Assembly: GCA_965205865.1 (NCBI GenBank)
Contig: CBDBHR010000023.1
Location: 32,001-96,000 of the forward strand
Source of the DNA: a bacterium
Lineage (GTDB): Bacteria; SAR324; NAC60-12
Length of the DNA: 64,000 nucleotides
Direction of reading: 5' to 3'
Made by a program: the position numbers and the translations under genes
Part shown: positions 62,286 through 64,000 of the stretch, piece after piece
Layout: each line of letters begins with the position of its first letter
Numbering within the stretch: the stretch's first letter is position 1
Notes under the pieces: generated by a model
Told to the model about the DNA's origin: nothing
Databases searched by the model: none
What the model saw: only the letters and a program-made list of their open reading frames with translations

Positions 62286-64000
62286 GACCCTAGCCGAAAA
62301 GGGTTTCGAAAATAGTAAATGTAACCAATTTGATTCTATTTGATTCTCTATTTGATTCAATATGACGAGAAAACGATTTTTTTGTTTTTTATTCGCCCAC
62401 AGCACAGTTTTTATAGGGAAAAAATCTTTTTTGGACATACTTTCCTCGCCCCTGCTCATATTTCACACTCCCCCATTGAATATTCAGGCCGCTTGTTTGA
62501 GTTGTCTTTTTTTCAACTCAATCATTTTGCAAAAATTATAGGTTAATGCTTTTTCCAGCAACTCTGCCCGAACGTTTTCAATCCCTCTGCGCATAACTTG
62601 TCCGAAATGGAAACGATGCTTAAGATGAAACATCAACGACTCTGCAGCAGATCTTCCATTTCGTGATTCCAAATAGATTTCACTTTCCCATTCTTCAATC
62701 GGGGTCATCTTTTTTCCCTTTGCCCCACTAATACTAAAAACCTTAACGCCTTTGCCCATCCACTTTTCTCTGATCGCCTGATTGGCATATCCATCATCAA
62801 GGCTCACTTCAGAGGGAATGGTGATGGTGCATCGCAAATGTTCAACAAGGGCAGGGTCGAGTTGCCCTGAATCAGCAGCATTGCCCTCCGGAGTAATTAA
62901 CACGGAAATAAAACCATTTCCGCTCCTTCCTAATTGAGGCTTATATCCGATAAGCGCTTCTCGATCTCCCTTTTGAATATAAGCCGAGCTCTGATCGGAA
63001 AGACTCAATACTTTCTCAGTAGAAGGAACCTTCTTTTCTTCAAAAACTCTTTGATGACAGTAGATGATTACCCGTTGCAAATTAGAAATATCTTCATTCA
63101 TCATTTCAATGAGGCGAATCAAACGCGTTTTCCGAGAAGGGGGGAGAAGAGCTTTTTGGGCACGGATATCCACCTTTGCCATTTCTTTTAAAAATTTCCC
63201 ATGAGCGCTTTGAGCTTTCTTCAATAGGGTTTTGTAATGTTTTTTTCGCTTCGTTTTACTGTCCTTTTTACCTGTCTCAAAAGCCATCATCTTAGAGAGC
63301 TTATTCATCTCCTTGATGAGGAAATCAAAATTTCTTTCACTGATCTCAGCGATTCCAAATGTATCAAGGGAACGCCCTCGATGGTAGCTTCGCTCCACGA
63401 GACGAGTCAATATCGACGAATCAGTAGGCCAAGCTGTATTTCCTTTTACAGAGGTGCTATCCAGTTTTAAAATATCAAAATCGTCCAACTCTTCATCGAG
63501 AACCATTCGAATTTGAGCATCGAAAATAAACTGTCTGCTCTCGTTGCTGACAGCATTGACATTATCAAGGATTGTACTCGCTCCCGGCATTTTCAATCCA
63601 CGGTTGAGCAGAAGCAGATGCAGTGTGATTGACTCTGAAAGAAATATTTGGGCCGTTTGGGATTTGATACTTCCTAAATATCCCCGAATCATCATAAAAA
63701 GGTAGACTAAAAAAGCCGACATCCGAGGACACCCTATTTCCAGCCTCAGTTCTTCCGGCTTCAATTCCTCATCTTCTACGGGAAGATGAGGAAGCCATGG
63801 ATTCCGGGCTTCCTGCCATCGTTTATCCTCTAAACGCTCTTTCTTTTTATTTCTTGCGTATTTCTCCAAATCCTGTTCAATTTTGTCCAATATCTCCGGC
63901 TCTCGCTCAGACAATTGATCAAGTTCTGATAAGAAATTTTCAAATTCTGTATCAGGAGCGCTTAAAATAAGATGTTTTTCTGCTCGAATGAATGGTTTCA
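62286..64000 (-). mobile_element. ISNCY/IS5-like element, partial (runs off window)
   Basis: Begins where IS256 identity ends; contains a DDE transposase. Confidence 0.75.
62484..64000 (-). CDS. DDE transposase (ISNCY/IS5-like), start outside the window
   Basis: LDSTSVKGNTAWPTDS, GYKPQL, SLDDGY, RSAAESL..LK; frame open to 64000. Confidence 0.85.
   Translation of the reverse strand, partial: KPFIRAEKHLILSAPDTEFENFLSELDQLSEREPEILDKIEQDLEKYARNKKKERLEDKRWQEARNPWLPHLPVEDEELKPEELRLEIGCPRMSAFLVYLFMMIRGYLGSIKSQTAQIFLSESITLHLLLLNRGLKMPGASTILDNVNAVSNESRQFIFDAQIRMVLDEELDDFDILKLDSTSVKGNTAWPTDSSILTRLVERSYHRGRSLDTFGIAEISERNFDFLIKEMNKLSKMMAFETGKKDSKTKRKKHYKTLLKKAQSAHGKFLKEMAKVDIRAQKALLPPSRKTRLIRLIEMMNEDISNLQRVIIYCHQRVFEEKKVPSTEKVLSLSDQSSAYIQKGDREALIGYKPQLGRSGNGFISVLITPEGNAADSGQLDPALVEHLRCTITIPSEVSLDDGYANQAIREKWMGKGVKVFSISGAKGKKMTPIEEWESEIYLESRNGRSAAESLMFHLKHRFHFGQVMRRGIENVRAELLEKALTYNFCKMIELKKRQLKQAA

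Overview
Bacterial chromosomal window; the sigma54 regulator, DksA, LptE and c-type cytochromes suggest a diderm, possibly Deltaproteobacteria/SAR324-like organism (inference only). Bases 1-34.4 kb are a decaying accessory region. It holds an IS1182-family element, duplicated and fragmented catabolic oxidoreductase modules (Ldh_2, LLM, SDR, PhyH, AKR), two ATPase-nuclease genes, a dead IS607 resolvase, a 1940-aa pseudokinase/ATPase/GAF/PAS/sigma54 activator, a Fic module, a peptide-type ABC transporter, vapC and IS256. Bases 34.9-59.3 kb are mostly core or metabolic genes: coaBC, cytochrome c4, CIRCE-controlled groES-groEL, dksA, lptE, tRNA-Arg(TCT), an Opp-type ABC operon, atuA/atuC/atuF, a cytochrome c, pgk and cimA. 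The right end has a group II intron remnant, a truncated higA, a truncated second IS256 and a partial ISNCY-like element. The most notable signal is a small GIY-YIG nuclease gene (54500-54784) bracketed by a perfect 28-bp inverted pair of GTCAT-tagged hairpins. Gene-less doublets of the same architecture are scattered through the window, often nested in MITE-like envelopes. This is a candidate autonomous/non-autonomous REP mobile system driven by a GIY-YIG enzyme. All product calls come from motif recognition by eye; no database searches were run.
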